A stretch of 64,000 nt of DNA, taken from assembly GCF_009914755.1 (NCBI RefSeq), contig NC_060938.1; one strand, written 5' to 3'. Numbering within the stretch: the first letter of the stretch is position 1; the number at the start of each line of letters is the position of its first letter. Position numbers and translations under genes: made by a program. Source of the stretch: the human T2T-CHM13v2.0 reference genome, Homo sapiens. Below the pieces are notes generated by a model. It had not been told where the DNA came from, did no database searches, and saw only the letters and a program-made list of their open reading frames with translations. Of this stretch, positions 13,651 through 26,173 are shown piece by piece.

Positions 13651-14955
13651 CTTATGGGTACTTTTGTCTCTTGCACCTGTGGCCTTGGGCTGGCCTATAT
13701 CCTTGTCTCCATGACCTTATAGCGACTCTCACTGGGAGAAACAAAGTGATTATCTCTTTTCTCAGATTCCCATTTCCCATGTTCTTTAAGTAGATGAGAA
13801 GCCTGCTTTTTTGCCAACTGCCACAAGGGGCTGGACTTTCCTCCCTTTGAATGTGACCTTGAAGGTCTTGATGCATATTGAGAAGGGCATGGGAGTGATT
13901 AGAGAAATGAAAGAAAATTTGTATTTGGGGTTCCTCATCCTCCCAGGGCAACACGCAGAAAAAATGCTTAAGCAGACAGGACAATCCTGCTACATGAGGA
14001 AGTGGGAAGAGGTGAGAATGACACTCATGGAAAGCCTTCATATGCTCGCAAAAACAGCAACCCTTGGATTTCAGAGCGCAACATTTATTTACCCTCTTGA
14101 CATAAAGAAGGAACTTCTAGAGGACTTGGGGCTTAGGATAAGGGCTTCAAATGTCAAAGGAGGAATTTTCTGTCCTCCCAAAGGGATGCCAACTCAAAAA
14201 AAGCAAGTAAGTGGGATCCTTAAAGGAGTGAGAGTGAGGCCCTATGCAGGTGACAAGCTGTTTCAAAAGCCACCAAAAAATCTTGGCCCTTGAGTGTAAC
14301 AGGGATGAAAAGTGTATGGTAATTTACAAGGAGCTGGCAGAGTGTGGTTGCAATTAGTGTCTGTCCTGGCAATGAGCCAACAGACATTTGCAGGGAGCCC
14401 ATGTCTTTGCTGCTGCACAAATACAGCAAGAGCCGTGGGTGCACAAATCACAGGGAGTGTGTGTTTTAAGGCAGAGAAGGAAGTCAGACAGCATGCAAGG
14501 TGAAACCAGAGAAGAGGCAGACCTGCCCCTGAGGCAGACAGTGCAGTGGGTGCACAAGGCTATTTCAAAACACACTTAGAGAAAACAGGAGAACAGGATG
14601 TGCAGGTTTTTTGAGAAAGAAAAGATTTTAGTTAAAATAGCAGAGGAAACCCCAGACATTCCATGGTCTCAGGCCTTAGCCCTACCACTCTCATGAGCCT
14701 CTTGTCCAGGAGAGCTATCAGTGCCTCAGGTCTGCTTGTTGCAGATGCCAAGGTCCTTCCAACTCCCATGAGCCACCTGTCAGGGTGAGCTGAGAGATCA
14801 GCCTGGGGTAACAGAGCCACTGTGACCGAGAGGGATTGTTCCAGGGGTTGGTTAGTAAGCAGGAGTGTGAAAGGGGAGACGAAAACCACACACGGGGGTT
14901 AAACAACCCCAGCCAAAGAAGGCAAGGCTTAGCAGTATCTTACCACTGGGGACGT

Positions 14956-14973
14956 ATCTGAGTCACGACACCA
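14956..14973 (-). other. Primer-binding site, tRNA-His type
   Basis: Minus-strand TGGTGTCGTGACTCAGAT matches 16/18 the His PBS TGGTGCCGTGACTCGGAT, 5 nt from the 5' LTR. Confidence 0.85.
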
Positions 14974-14978
14974 AAGTA

Positions 14979-15687
14979 TGTTAGCAGCAGCAAATCCATA
15001 TGGGTCTGCAGCAACTTGATTCTTGCCTCTTCAGGAGAAAAAATTCATCTGAGGGACATAAGGCACAGTGAGAAACCAAGGCAAGTTTTAGAGCAGGAAT
15101 GAAAGTTTATTAAAAAGTTTTAGAGCAGGAATGAAAGGAAGTAAAGTACACTTGAAAGAAGGCCAAGTAGGTGACTTGACAGATTCAAGTGCCATTTAGT
15201 CCTTGACCTGGGATTTTATACATTAGCATGATTCCAGCATCTGCATCTCTCCTCCTCTGATTCTTCCCTTGGGGTGAGCTGTCCTCATGCGCCAGCACTT
15301 GGGAGGGGCTGCATGCACAATGTATTTACTGAAGTTATGTGCATACTCATTTTAGGTGTTTTCCCCTTGCTACTCGAGTTTTCCTAGAGGAAGATCACAT
15401 ACCAGTTAAACTCTGCCGTTTTGCCTCTTAGTGCACACGCTTGAGCCCACTTGCCCAACTCCTGAGATCTTATCAGGAAGCTGCTGATCATCAGCTTCGG
15501 TTATTTTCTATCTGTTGGGAGACTGCCTTTCCCTGGCACCAGCTGCAACCAATTATTATTTTAGAGAGAAAGTTTAACAACTGCCTGACCATTACCTGAT
15601 GGTCGCCTGACTTTCCTGGGTGTCAGTTGTGGTGGTGGGGGGTCCTCTCCTGCCCTGCTCATGTCTGCATAACTACCTACTCTAACA
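14979..15687 (-). mobile_element. 5' LTR (MER50-type)
   Basis: Minus strand begins TGTTAGAGTAGGTAG...GCAGACATGAGCAGGGCAGGAGAG, as in recalled MER50; 709 bp. Confidence 0.92.
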
Positions 15688-16059
15688 AGAAGAGAGCTCC
15701 AGAAGGCACAAGCCCAGAGGAATCCTGGTTCCTTGAGAACAAACAACAGCCAATTGAAGGGGCCATGAATGAAGTGGCCCATTCAGAGCAGTGGAAACTT
15801 TTGACTTGAAGAAAGAGAACCTAGTGTCCTCCTTCTTCCCTGTCTTCCCAGCTGTTGATTTGTAGTTTAAGTAAGATGCTGAGAATCAGGCTTTGGTGAG
15901 ACCTATTGTTCCCGAATGCCACCCAGTGTTCTGTAATTAATTCTCTCTGTCCTGCTTTGACTACTGATGCCTGCAAGATGCCGAGGAACGTTCCAGAACA
16001 TTCACCAGTAGAATAACAGATATTCACATAGTTTTGAGGCAAGTATTGAGACCTCCATG

Positions 16060-16225
16060 CGGGGCCAGGATTAGGTGAGGCGAGTTAGGTACTAACCTCC
16101 TCACGAAATTTAAAGGGTGCCAAAAAACAGCTGAGGTAATGAAGGTAAATACTATTCTAATGTAATGTTTTACAAATGCCAAATTAATGCAAAATAAACC
16201 ATGCAAAACATCAAAATTTTAAATT
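16060..16225 (+). mobile_element. MER96B-like hAT-Tip100 fragment
   Basis: 'gggccaggattaggtgaggcgag...aaatttaaagggtgccaaaaaac...aaattaatgcaaaa...aaacatcaaaattttaaat'. Confidence 0.65.
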
Positions 16226-16679
16226 CCATAATAAGTATGTAGCACCATGCCTGGCACACAGCAAGCTAGTAAATGGCAATGGTGTTTTGGAGCAACAGAG
16301 TTTACAGGAATAAGGCAAGCCTCCTGCCTTCCAGGGGCTCCCTCACTGGTTGGGAGGATCCAGCACATAGGCCTCCAGAACTCAGAGAAACAAGAGAAGT
16401 TTATATCAAGAAAATTAGGAAAAAGAACATTTCTTTGTTAAAATGATTTTTTTAACTCAGCCCTTTGCCCAGCCCTAACCACATAACAGGTGCTTTCAGT
16501 GTTTGCCAAAAGAAAGAATAAAAAGGTAGAACAAGGAGGTTCATGGGTGCGGTTCAAAGGATAGTGTCCAGGCACAGTTCTGAGAAGTGGCAGCCTGGAA
16601 AGGATGATGCCTGGGCCTTCTCCTACCTCTCTGCAAAGGTCACCTGCTCTACCGGAGCTTTGTGCTATTTTTTTCCTTT

Positions 16680-17420
16680 AATTTAGGAATCTAAAAATAT
16701 ATATAAAAGTAGAAAGAATAATACAATAACACCTTCCATGTATTAATCATATTTATAAATCATTATTGACATTTTGCTAATCTTATTTTATCCATTCTGC
16801 CTCTTCCCTGTTTAACTTTTCCTGAAGTATTTTAAAGCCAATCCCAGATGTCCTATCATTTCACCCAAAAATACTTCAGTTTGTATCTCTGACAGAGAGA
16901 GCTTTTGAAAATGCATAGCTGCAAAATAGTTATCACATATAATAAAATTACAAGTGATTTATTAATGTCTGCTAATGTCTGCCAGAGTCCACATTTCTCC
17001 AACCATCTCAAAGTGTGTTTTACAAATAACTGTTCAAATCATGATCCACATGTGACCTATGCTTTGCACCTGGCTGATGTGTGTCTTAAATCTTTTTAAA
17101 ATCTATAATAGTCCCTCTCCCCTTTTTACCTCTGGAAGAAAACCTGGCCATTTGCCTTGTAGAATTCCCTACATAGTGGATGTGATTGAGCATATCCTTA
17201 TAGTGTCCTTTACTGGGTTCGTCTAACCTTTTAATTTCCTATAAGCTGGAAATTAGGTCTACAGGCTTGATTAGATTTGGGTTGAGTGATCTGGGCAAAA
17301 AAAAAGCTCATAGCTGGTACTGGATACTTCCTATTGCATCAGACCGGGAGTACATAATGACTGTTGTCCCAGCTTGTGAGTTAAGGTCACTCCATATAAG
17401 GTCCCTCTTTAACTTTTCAT
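16680..17420 (-). mobile_element. Old L1 (L1MC4/5-like) 3' UTR
   Basis: 'aagtattttaaagccaatcccagatgtc...catttcacccaaaaatacttcagt...gccatttgccttgtagaattccc'. Confidence 0.7.
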
Positions 17421-17569
17421 CCTCCACTGGAACTTTCATCATCCAGCCATGTTTGTTAGCTCATTCATAAAAGATAGAAAAATTTCAGCTTTCATTTAAG
17501 ACAGGATTCCTCTGAGCTCTGTCTAGTGCTCAGACCTCTAGTTACTCTTCTTTATGTCTCACTTTATGT

Positions 17570-18123
17570 CTACGGTTAGAAATGGATGGCTCACACTCCA
17601 AATACAGTCTGGTGATGTGTTTTGTTTCAACTTCACAGTATTTTTTTTAAACAGCTGAGACAATTTTCTAAAGGGGCCCATGATAATGTACATTTTTAAA
17701 TATGCATTTTCAGCTTCCTTTGAAATACCGAAAATCCAGCAGCATTGACTCGTGGCTGACACCCTATAACAGTGTGCACTCTTGGTTGTCAGTCATCACT
17801 GCCATGCACTCCTGTAGCCCCCCAGGCTGAGGCTGAGCATCACTCATATCTCCCAGGGATCTGCAGTGTTGTTTTTCTTTGGATGGAGAACTAGTTCTAA
17901 GTGCCAAGGTTACCATCAAAAATCTGAAACCAAGGGATATCCTGGAAGGGAAGCTTGTTTTAAGAAAATCAGGAAGAACGTTTCTTTGTTTTGACATTTT
18001 TAAAAATGAGAATAATAGTAAAATAAAGTGTATCTGTGCCAAAAGAATATGACTCGAGATGCCATTATGTTACTACCAGCCCCCTTTGCTCATTAATCTC
18101 TATTACATAGAGTTTGCAACCCC
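17570..18123. mobile_element. Degenerate hAT-Charlie (MER102-like) remnants
   Basis: End 'gagtttgcaacccct' and internal 'cagcttcctttgaaataccgaaaatccagcagcattg'. Confidence 0.45.
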
Positions 18124-18325
18124 TTTTTTAACGTTCTCGGTAAAATCATCCATTCCCATAACTTAGATACCTTCTTGGGTATAAACTGAATTGTGTTCCT
18201 CCCAAATTTATATTGAAACTCTAAGCCCCTAGTACCTCAAAATGTGTCTGTATTTAAAGATAGGACCTTTAAACAGATGATTAAGTTAAATGAAGGCTTT
18301 AATGGAGGCTCTAGTCTAACCCAAT

Positions 18326-18646
18326 CTTTTTATCTTTAGAGACAAGATCTCGTTCTGTCCCCCAGACTAGAGTGCAGTGGAGAGATCATCGCTCACTTCA
18401 GCCTTATCATTTATGCCGGAGGTTGCAAATTTTTTGTGTGAAATATCAGACCTTGGTAATGACCTTGAGCAGTAGGATATAAATAACTCCCACAAGCTTA
18501 GCGTACTAGGCATAAGTGGATTAAACTCCTGGGCTCAAGTGATCCTCCTGCCTTGGACTCCCAAGTAACTAGGAGTAAAAGCATGGCAAATTTTGTTTTT
18601 ATTTTTCTTTCTTGTAGAGAGGGTGTCTCTCTATGTTGCCCAGGCT
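18326..18646 (-). mobile_element. 5'-truncated AluJ, split by MER85
   Basis: 'gatcatcgctcacttcagcctta' | 'aactcctgggctcaagtgatcctcctgcc' (J-type). Confidence 0.85.
18407..18520 (-). mobile_element. MER85 piggyBac MITE (PGBD3-derived), internally deleted
   Basis: 'catttatgccggaggttgcaaatttttt...atcagaccttggtaatgaccttgagcagtaggatataaataactcccacaagcttagcg...actaggcataagtgga' followed by TTAA at 18521-18524. Confidence 0.9.
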
Positions 18647-19078
18647 TGACTGATGTCATTATAAGGAGAGATTAGGATACACAGAGACACTGGGACACAT
18701 GTGCATAGAGGAACGACTATGTGAAAATGGCAAGAGGGTGGCCGTCTGTAAGCCAACGAGAGAGGCCTCAGAGGAAACCAACGCTGCTGACACCTTGATC
18801 ACGGACTTCCAGTCTCCAGAAAGGCGAGCAAATAAATGCCTCTAAGCCACCTAGTCTGTGGTACTTTGTTATGGCAGCCCTAGAAAATTAATATACGTCT
18901 CTGTGCTGAAAATCCCAGATCCAAGTCCCCAGTCCACAGTGCTGTGCTAAACTCCAGACCTGAATGTCCCACAGCCTCCATTACAGCTGCAAGCAAAAAT
19001 TTCACAGGGCTAAGCAGAGCTGCAAAGGCAGGAATTGACTATGGAGGGAGGATATAGGTGTGGCTAGATTAGAGAGTA

Positions 19079-19628
19079 CAGTAGTGCCCCCTATCCAGGA
19101 GGGATATATTTCTAGGCCTCCCAGTGGATGCTTGAAACTGAGGCTGGTATGGAACCCTATGTATACAAGGTTTTTTTCCTACACATACATGCCTATGATA
19201 GATAATAATGTATATATTAGGCAACAACAATAACTAATAATAAAATAGAACACTTATAACAAAATGCCAGTACCACTGCTCTTGTACTTTGGGGCCATTA
19301 TTCAGTAAAATAAGGTCGACTTGAAAACAAGCACTGCCTCACTGCAACAGTCAATCTGATAGCTGGAATGGCTGGTAAGTGACTAACTTAGCAGAGTATA
19401 TAGTGTGGGTAGAGTATATAGTGTGGAAACTCTGGACAAGGGGGTGATTCACTTCCCGGGCAGTACAGAGTGGGATGGCAAAAGATTTCATTACACTACT
19501 CAGAAGGGTATGCAATTTAAAACTTAATTGTTTATTTCTGGAATTTTCCATTTAATATTTTTGGACCACTGTTGCCCCAGGTAACTAAAACCAGGGAAAG
19601 CAGAACCTCAGATACGGGGGGAACTCCG
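19079..19628 (-). mobile_element. MER44B TcMar-Tigger element (550 bp)
   Basis: TA on both flanks; TIR-like ends cagtagtgccccctatcc / gatacggggggaactccg; internal 'tttatttctggaattttccatttaatattt'. Confidence 0.85.
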
Positions 19629-20009
19629 TAAAGGGAAAGAAGCCTGAACAGGTAGGTTGTGATGGGATTGTAAAGCACTAAGAGGCAGTAGGTTTTCTGA
19701 AGACCACCCAAGATTTCAGAGTTGCATTTTGGAAAGATTAATCACGGGACGGTTACCTTCCCTTATTAGGAACAATTAACATGCCTTAAGAATGTTTTGT
19801 TGTTGTATTTCAATCCTGAATCCCTCCAACCAAACATTGCAGACCGCAATAAACATTCGTTGAGTTCCAAGTCATTCCACATCAGAGCAAAAGGGCACTG
19901 CAAGGCTGAATTAGCATTGGCCGGGTTGTGCAAACTGCCTCAGGGGAGAAGGCCTGAGTTTTGACCTAGGTCAGGATGAGATGTAGCACATGATTCACAG
20001 AAGGGGCTG

Positions 20010-20180
20010 GGGAAAAAGCTGGAACAACAAGGGAAGATTCTTCCCCGGAGCCTTTGGAGACAGCATGCCCCTCCCAGCACTTTGATTTGGGGCTTCTGGC
20101 CTTCAGAAAACTGAGACAATAAGTTTCTGTTGTTTACAACCACCAACTTTGTAGCAATTTGTTGCGGGAAGCTAATTCAA
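20010..20180 (+). mobile_element. MLT1 (C/D-like) LTR 3' fragment
   Basis: 'gattcttccccggagcctttgg...cttctggccttcagaaaactgagacaataagtttctgttg'. Confidence 0.7.
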
Positions 20181-21537
20181 TAGAGAACCAAATTAGAACC
20201 ACACATATATAAGTCCAATTGATTTTCAACAAAGATGCAGTGTAATTGAATGAGAAAATAATAATCTTTTCAAGCAACATCACTGGAACACCTAGATATC
20301 CAAATGAAACAAAACAAACCTCAGCCTCTACCCCCAGAGCATACACAACATTTATGTGAAATAAACCATAGGCCTAAAAGCTAAATCTATAAAACTTCCA
20401 GAAAATAACAGAAGAAAAAGTTTTTATGACCTTGTAGGCAAAGATTTAAGACACAAAAAGCACTGACCATAAAAGAAAAAAATGATGAATTAGAATTATA
20501 AAAATTCAAAATTTCTTCAAAAGACACCAGTAACAAAGTAAGAAAACAAGAAGATATATCTGACAGTTTGTGTCCAAAATATACCAAGAACCCTCAAAAC
20601 GCAGTAATAAGAAGACCAACAACCCAATTTAAAAGGGGAATGGCAAAAGACTACCAAAGAGACTTCACCAAAGAAAATATACAAATGGCCAAAAAGTCCA
20701 TGAAAAACTGTTCAGCATAATTAGTCATCAAGGAAATGCAAATTGAAACCACAATGAGATACCACTTCACACCTAGAAGAGTGGCTAAAATTAAAAAGTT
20801 AATACCGAGGGCTGGCAAGGCTATTACTATTCTTGGTGCAAAAATTACTTTTAATGGCAAAAACAAAATTAAGTTTGCACCAACCTAATAGAACACTCAT
20901 GCCCTAATGGCAAGAGTGTAAAATGGTACAGACGTTTGGAAAACAATTTAGCAGTTCTTACAAAGTTAAATATATACTTACCATATAACCCAGCCTTTAT
21001 ACTTCTAAGTATTTAGTCCCCCACAAAATGAAAACATGCATACACACACACCAAAAAAAAAATGCTCATACAAAAATGTTTCTACCAGCTTTATTCATAA
21101 AACCCCGAAACTGAAAACAACCCCAAGTCCATCAACAGGTGAATAGATAAACAAATTGTAGTATAGCCCTCCACTGGAAGACTCAGTAATAAAAAGGAAT
21201 GAATTACTGATACACACAACATAGATCAATCTCAAAAACACATTACCCTGAGTGAAAGAAGCCAATCAGGAAAGGGTATGTGGCTGCATTCCTAAGAAGT
21301 TCTAAAACAGACTCAATCCATCTGTAGTGATGGAAATCAGATCAATGGTAGCCTGGGATTGTTGATGGGAGTGGAATTGACTGGGAAAGTGTGCAAGGGA
21401 AATGTTTGGGGTGCCAGAAATGCTTTTATCTTGATTGAGATGGTGGTTATATGGTAAATTCATTTATCTAAGCTCATCAGTCTGTACACTATAATTTATA
21501 CACATGTAAATCATACCTCATAACGTTAATTAAAAAA
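20181..21537 (+). mobile_element. Old L1 (L1ME-like) ORF2 end and 3' UTR
   Basis: 'ggaaatgcaaattgaaaccacaatgagataccacttcacacc', 'gtccatcaacaggtgaatagataaacaaattg', A-rich end. Confidence 0.85.
20828..20888. mobile_element. MADE1 (Hsmar1 MITE), partially deleted
   Basis: 'ttggtgcaaaa...aatggcaaaaac...tttgcaccaacctaa ta'. Confidence 0.75.
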
Positions 21538-21574
21538 CACATTTCACCTCTGAGTTTTTTGTTTCTTTAAGGAC

Positions 21575-22261
<687 letters not shown>

Positions 22262-22697
22262 AGGACCAAAACTAAAAGGAAATTTTACATAATGAATGTC
22301 TCAGATGTCATTTATTATGAATGGAGGTAACAAGGAGTAGAAACAGTTTAAAAAGACAGATGAGGCTGGAATATGACTTTGAAGGATTTTGTCAGTCCTA
22401 CTAAGATATTTGAACCTTATGGTAGAGGCAGTAGGATAACAGGCAAATTTTATGGGTTCCTTTTAAACATTCTATCTACGGTGTCATTATATCTTCATAG
22501 GGAAATGCATTTATTTTTCAATATACGCTATGGACACTGATGCTTACATCTTCCACACAGGAAGTATGCAATTTATGGATATGCAGCTGGGTTAGCAATC
22601 CATCCAAACAAGTTCTGTTCATCGGTATGTATGGATTCAGGTGTTTCATGTGTGATACCTAATTTTGTTTACACAACAGCACTGAAAGACAAGCACA

Positions 22698-23180
22698 TTA
22701 TATTAGCATTTCCTGCATAATAGGCTACTCCAAAACTAGTGACTTTAAATAAACAACCACTTATATAGCTTACCATTTGGCAGGTAGACAGTTTGTATTG
22801 GGCTCAGCTAGGAGATACTTCTAGCCTTACCTGGGTTCACCTTTGCCTTTGTACCCAGTGCTGGGTTGACTGGAGGCTGGCTGATTTAGAATGGCCTTCC
22901 TTGGAATGGTTCCTTTCAGTTCCACGTGTCTCTCATCCTCCAGCAAGCCAGGCCAGATTTCTCGCATGGCAACTGGGCAGAGTTCCAAGACAGACATGTG
23001 CAATGCGTCTCCTAGAACCTAGACTCAGAACCAGCACCTATCATTCCATTGACCAAAGCAAATTAAAAAGGAATGGGAAATGGACATCACTTCTTGATAG
23101 GAGGAACTGCAAAGCCCACTGCCAGTGGTGAGCATTTGGGGAGGAGTGGAAGATTGTGACCATTTTTACAATTGACTACA
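22698..23180 (-). mobile_element. MLT1H-like MaLR LTR
   Basis: 'ttccacgtgtctctcatcctccagcaagccagg...cattccattgaccaaagcaa...cttcttgataggaggaactgcaaag'. Confidence 0.75.
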
Positions 23181-23262
23181 ATTATTATCTCCATTTTATG
23201 TAAAGAAAAACCAAGATTCAGAGAAGTTAAGTAACTTTTATAAGGTCACACAGCCAATGAAT
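23181..23262 (-). mobile_element. MIR fragment
   Basis: 'ctccattttatg...cagagaagttaagtaactt...aaggtcacacagc'. Confidence 0.7.
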
Positions 23263-24209
23263 TACAATGAGCTGCTGGGCTTTGATTCCAGCTCATTTCT
23301 ACAAGAAAATGTGGATCCTCATTTTAAGGAACTTATGGTATTTTATGCTGCTTAATCCATTCTTCCTTCCCTCTATAATGTTACAGAATCAACAGATCAG
23401 GGGATGAAGGAACAGAAAGTTTATGAGCAGTAGATATTTCTGAAATGATTTCAAATGTGACAGATTATTTCCTGAGATATAAACAGAAAAGAAATTCACT
23501 TCCTTTTGGTGGCATCGGCGGCTGAAAATGTCCCCAGCAGAGATTCCATTTGCCCCCACATTTCCTTATCCTTCATAAGAAGGGAAACATAAAAACGCCA
23601 AGCAGGCTCTTGACCCAGAGGTGGCTGAGGATACAGCGCACACATCCATGGTTGCATCTGCAGCGTTTGGGTGCAACCACAGGCAGCTTCAAAGGGAAAA
23701 GGAAGGGGAAAAAACCTTCTCTCCGTAGCTAGGCTACCAGTTCCTGTGTAGATTTCTCAAGATTCAGGCAAGAGGATATGTGGAGAACACATATTTAGAA
23801 ACATCAGGTGGTTGCCAAAACAAGCCAATTTAGAACTGAGCGTGACAAATGCACATCTGAGGTTGAATGTCACCTGGGGAACCCACTGTTTCTGAGATCT
23901 CCACAATGGGGTGGGGTGAAGCACAGTGGAGAATGTGCTCACTGAGCACCCGGTCAGCCTGGGTGGGGTGGGCACAGCCCGGTTGCTACAGGACATGGGG
24001 CAAGGCATGGCATCCTTGGAAATACACACATATACATTGACATTGACAAAAGGAGGAAGTGACAAGGAAAGAAATGTGGAAACCATTAGAGCTGAAAATT
24101 TTGTCTCTAAATGTGCTTATGTGGAAGAGCTAGACAGAGTTGTTTACTGTTGCCTCTGCAAATTTGAATGGGTTGATTAGATCCTTCTTACCAAAGTAAA
24201 TGGAGTGCC

Positions 24210-24385
24210 ACGGTGATCTCCAAACTTGCCCAACTCTAGGCGGCACTCAGCTGGAACGTTTGTGCACAAAACACCTGCGCCTGTGTCAGGAGATTCTGAT
24301 TCTGTAATAGGTCAGGATGGGGCCCAGGAGTCTGTGTTTCCCAAGAGCTCCAGGCAGCTGTGATTCTCAGGCAAGCATGGATATA
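24210..24385. mobile_element. MER5A-like hAT-Charlie MITE
   Basis: 'gagattctgattctgtaataggtcaggatggggcccaggagtctgtgttt'. Confidence 0.6.
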
Positions 24386-24814
24386 CCAGCGTGCAGCTGT
24401 GCAGAGCTTCCCAGCTAAACACACATAGAACATCTCTGGGGGAGGGGAGTGCTCTCTTCTTGGTGGAAGGCAACATACTCAAGGACTGGTCAGTATCTTA
24501 GCACAATTCTAGTAGGTGTGATGTTCCAAATATGTAGCTACAATAGGGTACAGTCTCCAGCCCCTGGGGTCCCTGTTCTTCCAGGCGTCTGCCCTTTGCA
24601 CAGTTACTACACTTTGGGAGAGTCTGGGGCACTCTGGGGCAGCAGGATAAGGCTAGAGGCCTCCACAGACTTAGGGCCTTGGTGATATATCACCTAAAAG
24701 GAAGAACTCCAACATTCAGTACAGCTAGATGGGGGCATCCCTCTGAATGGCAGCACTGCCTGAAATACATTCACTGGGCACCATTTAGGAGGTTTTTGAG
24801 GTTATAGAAAAAGC

Positions 24815-25015
24815 CTGATATTTGGAGTCCCAAATCTGTGTGTTCTCACACAGGCACTAGCATGTACTATGTGATGCCGGCTCTGTGGAAGCTTCAGTTT
24901 CCCTGTCCCCAAAGGATGGAGATGATGCGTCTTCGTTCATAAGGTCACGGTGAGTGTCTAATAGACAGTGGAGCCCCAAGCACTTTCATCAGGTCTAAAC
25001 CAGTGTACAAGTGTT
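24815..25015 (+). mobile_element. MIR SINE
   Basis: 'gcttcagtttccctgtc...ttcataaggtcacggtgagtg'. Confidence 0.5.
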
Positions 25016-25132
25016 GGTTTCTTTCTTCCCATCATGAAATTTAAAGACATCTCAGGTGCCTCCATGTATACATTGTTTGGGATTTTTGTTTTGTTTTTTT
25101 CCAATCTGTGAAATGACTTAAGAGTTCACAAA

Positions 25133-25444
25133 CAGATCCATAATCCCTTATCTGAAAGTCCAAAAGCTTCAAATTCCAAAAGACTTCCCATATTTGGTGG
25201 GACAATCTGACCTCCCTGAGTTTGTTTCCCAGCTAAACCTAACATGAGGCTTTTCATGGTTTGTGTTTGTCACCTGCTTATGGTTTTCTCCAGAGATACT
25301 AGTGTGTTGGGCTTTGGGGTGCTTTCCAAACTCCCCTAGGGGTGTTACATAATGCAAGTTATATGCATACATTATAAGATATGAAAGTCCTGAATTCTGG
25401 AATAATCTGGTCCCAGTGGTATCAGAGAAGGGAATGTGGACCTG
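25133..25444. mobile_element. MER46C-like Tigger element
   Basis: Ends cagatccataatcccttatctgaaa / tatcagagaagggaatgtggacctg. Confidence 0.7.
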
Positions 25445-25712
25445 TCACTCCCCCACTAAAAGTTATGGAATTATTAGCTTTAAAGGGAGTCTTGAGGATC
25501 ACTGTACGCATGTCAGGAATCTTCTACCGCATCTCTTATAGACATCTTCTAATTGCTGTTTGAAATCTTCCAGAACCAAGGACCTTACTGCCTAAGTCCC
25601 AGACACTCATTCCATTGTGGATCACTTCTTCAAAGGACTTCCAGCATCTGCACCACTGCAAAATAAAAACACGGAGAAAAATGCCATTAAAGGTACTAAA
25701 ATATAAAGCTGT

Positions 25713-25715
<3 letters not shown>

Positions 25716-25747
<32 letters not shown>

Positions 25748-25750
25748 TCT
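25716..25750. repeat. (CT)n microsatellite
   Basis: Seen directly. Confidence 0.95.
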
Positions 25751-26005
25751 GTCATGGAATTTTTTTTTTACTTGCTATTTAACTTTGTAAGCAAAGAAAA
25801 ATTAAAATGTTAAATGATTAGCATAAATTCTGTTCATCTTGACATTGTGCATTTCCAGTTTTAAATGCAAATAGAGACATTTAACTTACATGCGGAATCA
25901 CTGATATTATGCAATTTGTATTTTGTAGCTTATATATACATATGTATTTGTTCTTACCAGTACAGCTAAGACAGAATACCAAATTAGCTGAACTATTTTA
26001 ATTCA

Positions 26006-26007
<2 letters not shown>

Positions 26008-26056
<49 letters not shown>
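26008..26056. repeat. (TG)24 microsatellite
   Basis: Perfect dinucleotide run. Confidence 0.98.
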
Positions 26057-26060
<4 letters not shown>

Positions 26061-26173
26061 ACAGGGTCTTGCTGTGTTGCCTAGGCTGGTCTCAAACTCC
26101 TGGCCTCAAGTGTTCCTCCCACCTCGGCCTCCCAAAGTGCTGGAATTAGAGACATGAGCCACCATGCCCAGCC
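26057..26173 (-). mobile_element. FLAM / free left Alu monomer
   Basis: Single antisense left monomer with the (TG)n run at the tail position. Confidence 0.88.

Larger units (their letters stand above)
18176..18895 (+). mobile_element. MLT1B MaLR solo LTR, split by an AluJ
   Basis: 'gaattgtgttcctcccaaatt...gtacctcaaaatgtg' resumes at 18647 with 'tgactgatgtcattataagg...gacttccagtctccagaa...ggtactttgttatggcagccctag'. Confidence 0.85.

Noticed and set aside
13811-14293. 160-aa ORF antisense to the proviral leader
   Set aside because: Non-ATG start, no motif and no supporting signals; likely chance
14956-14973. tRNA-His-like sequence as a tRNA gene
   Set aside because: Only the 18-nt complement of the tRNA 3' end next to an LTR, which is a primer-binding site
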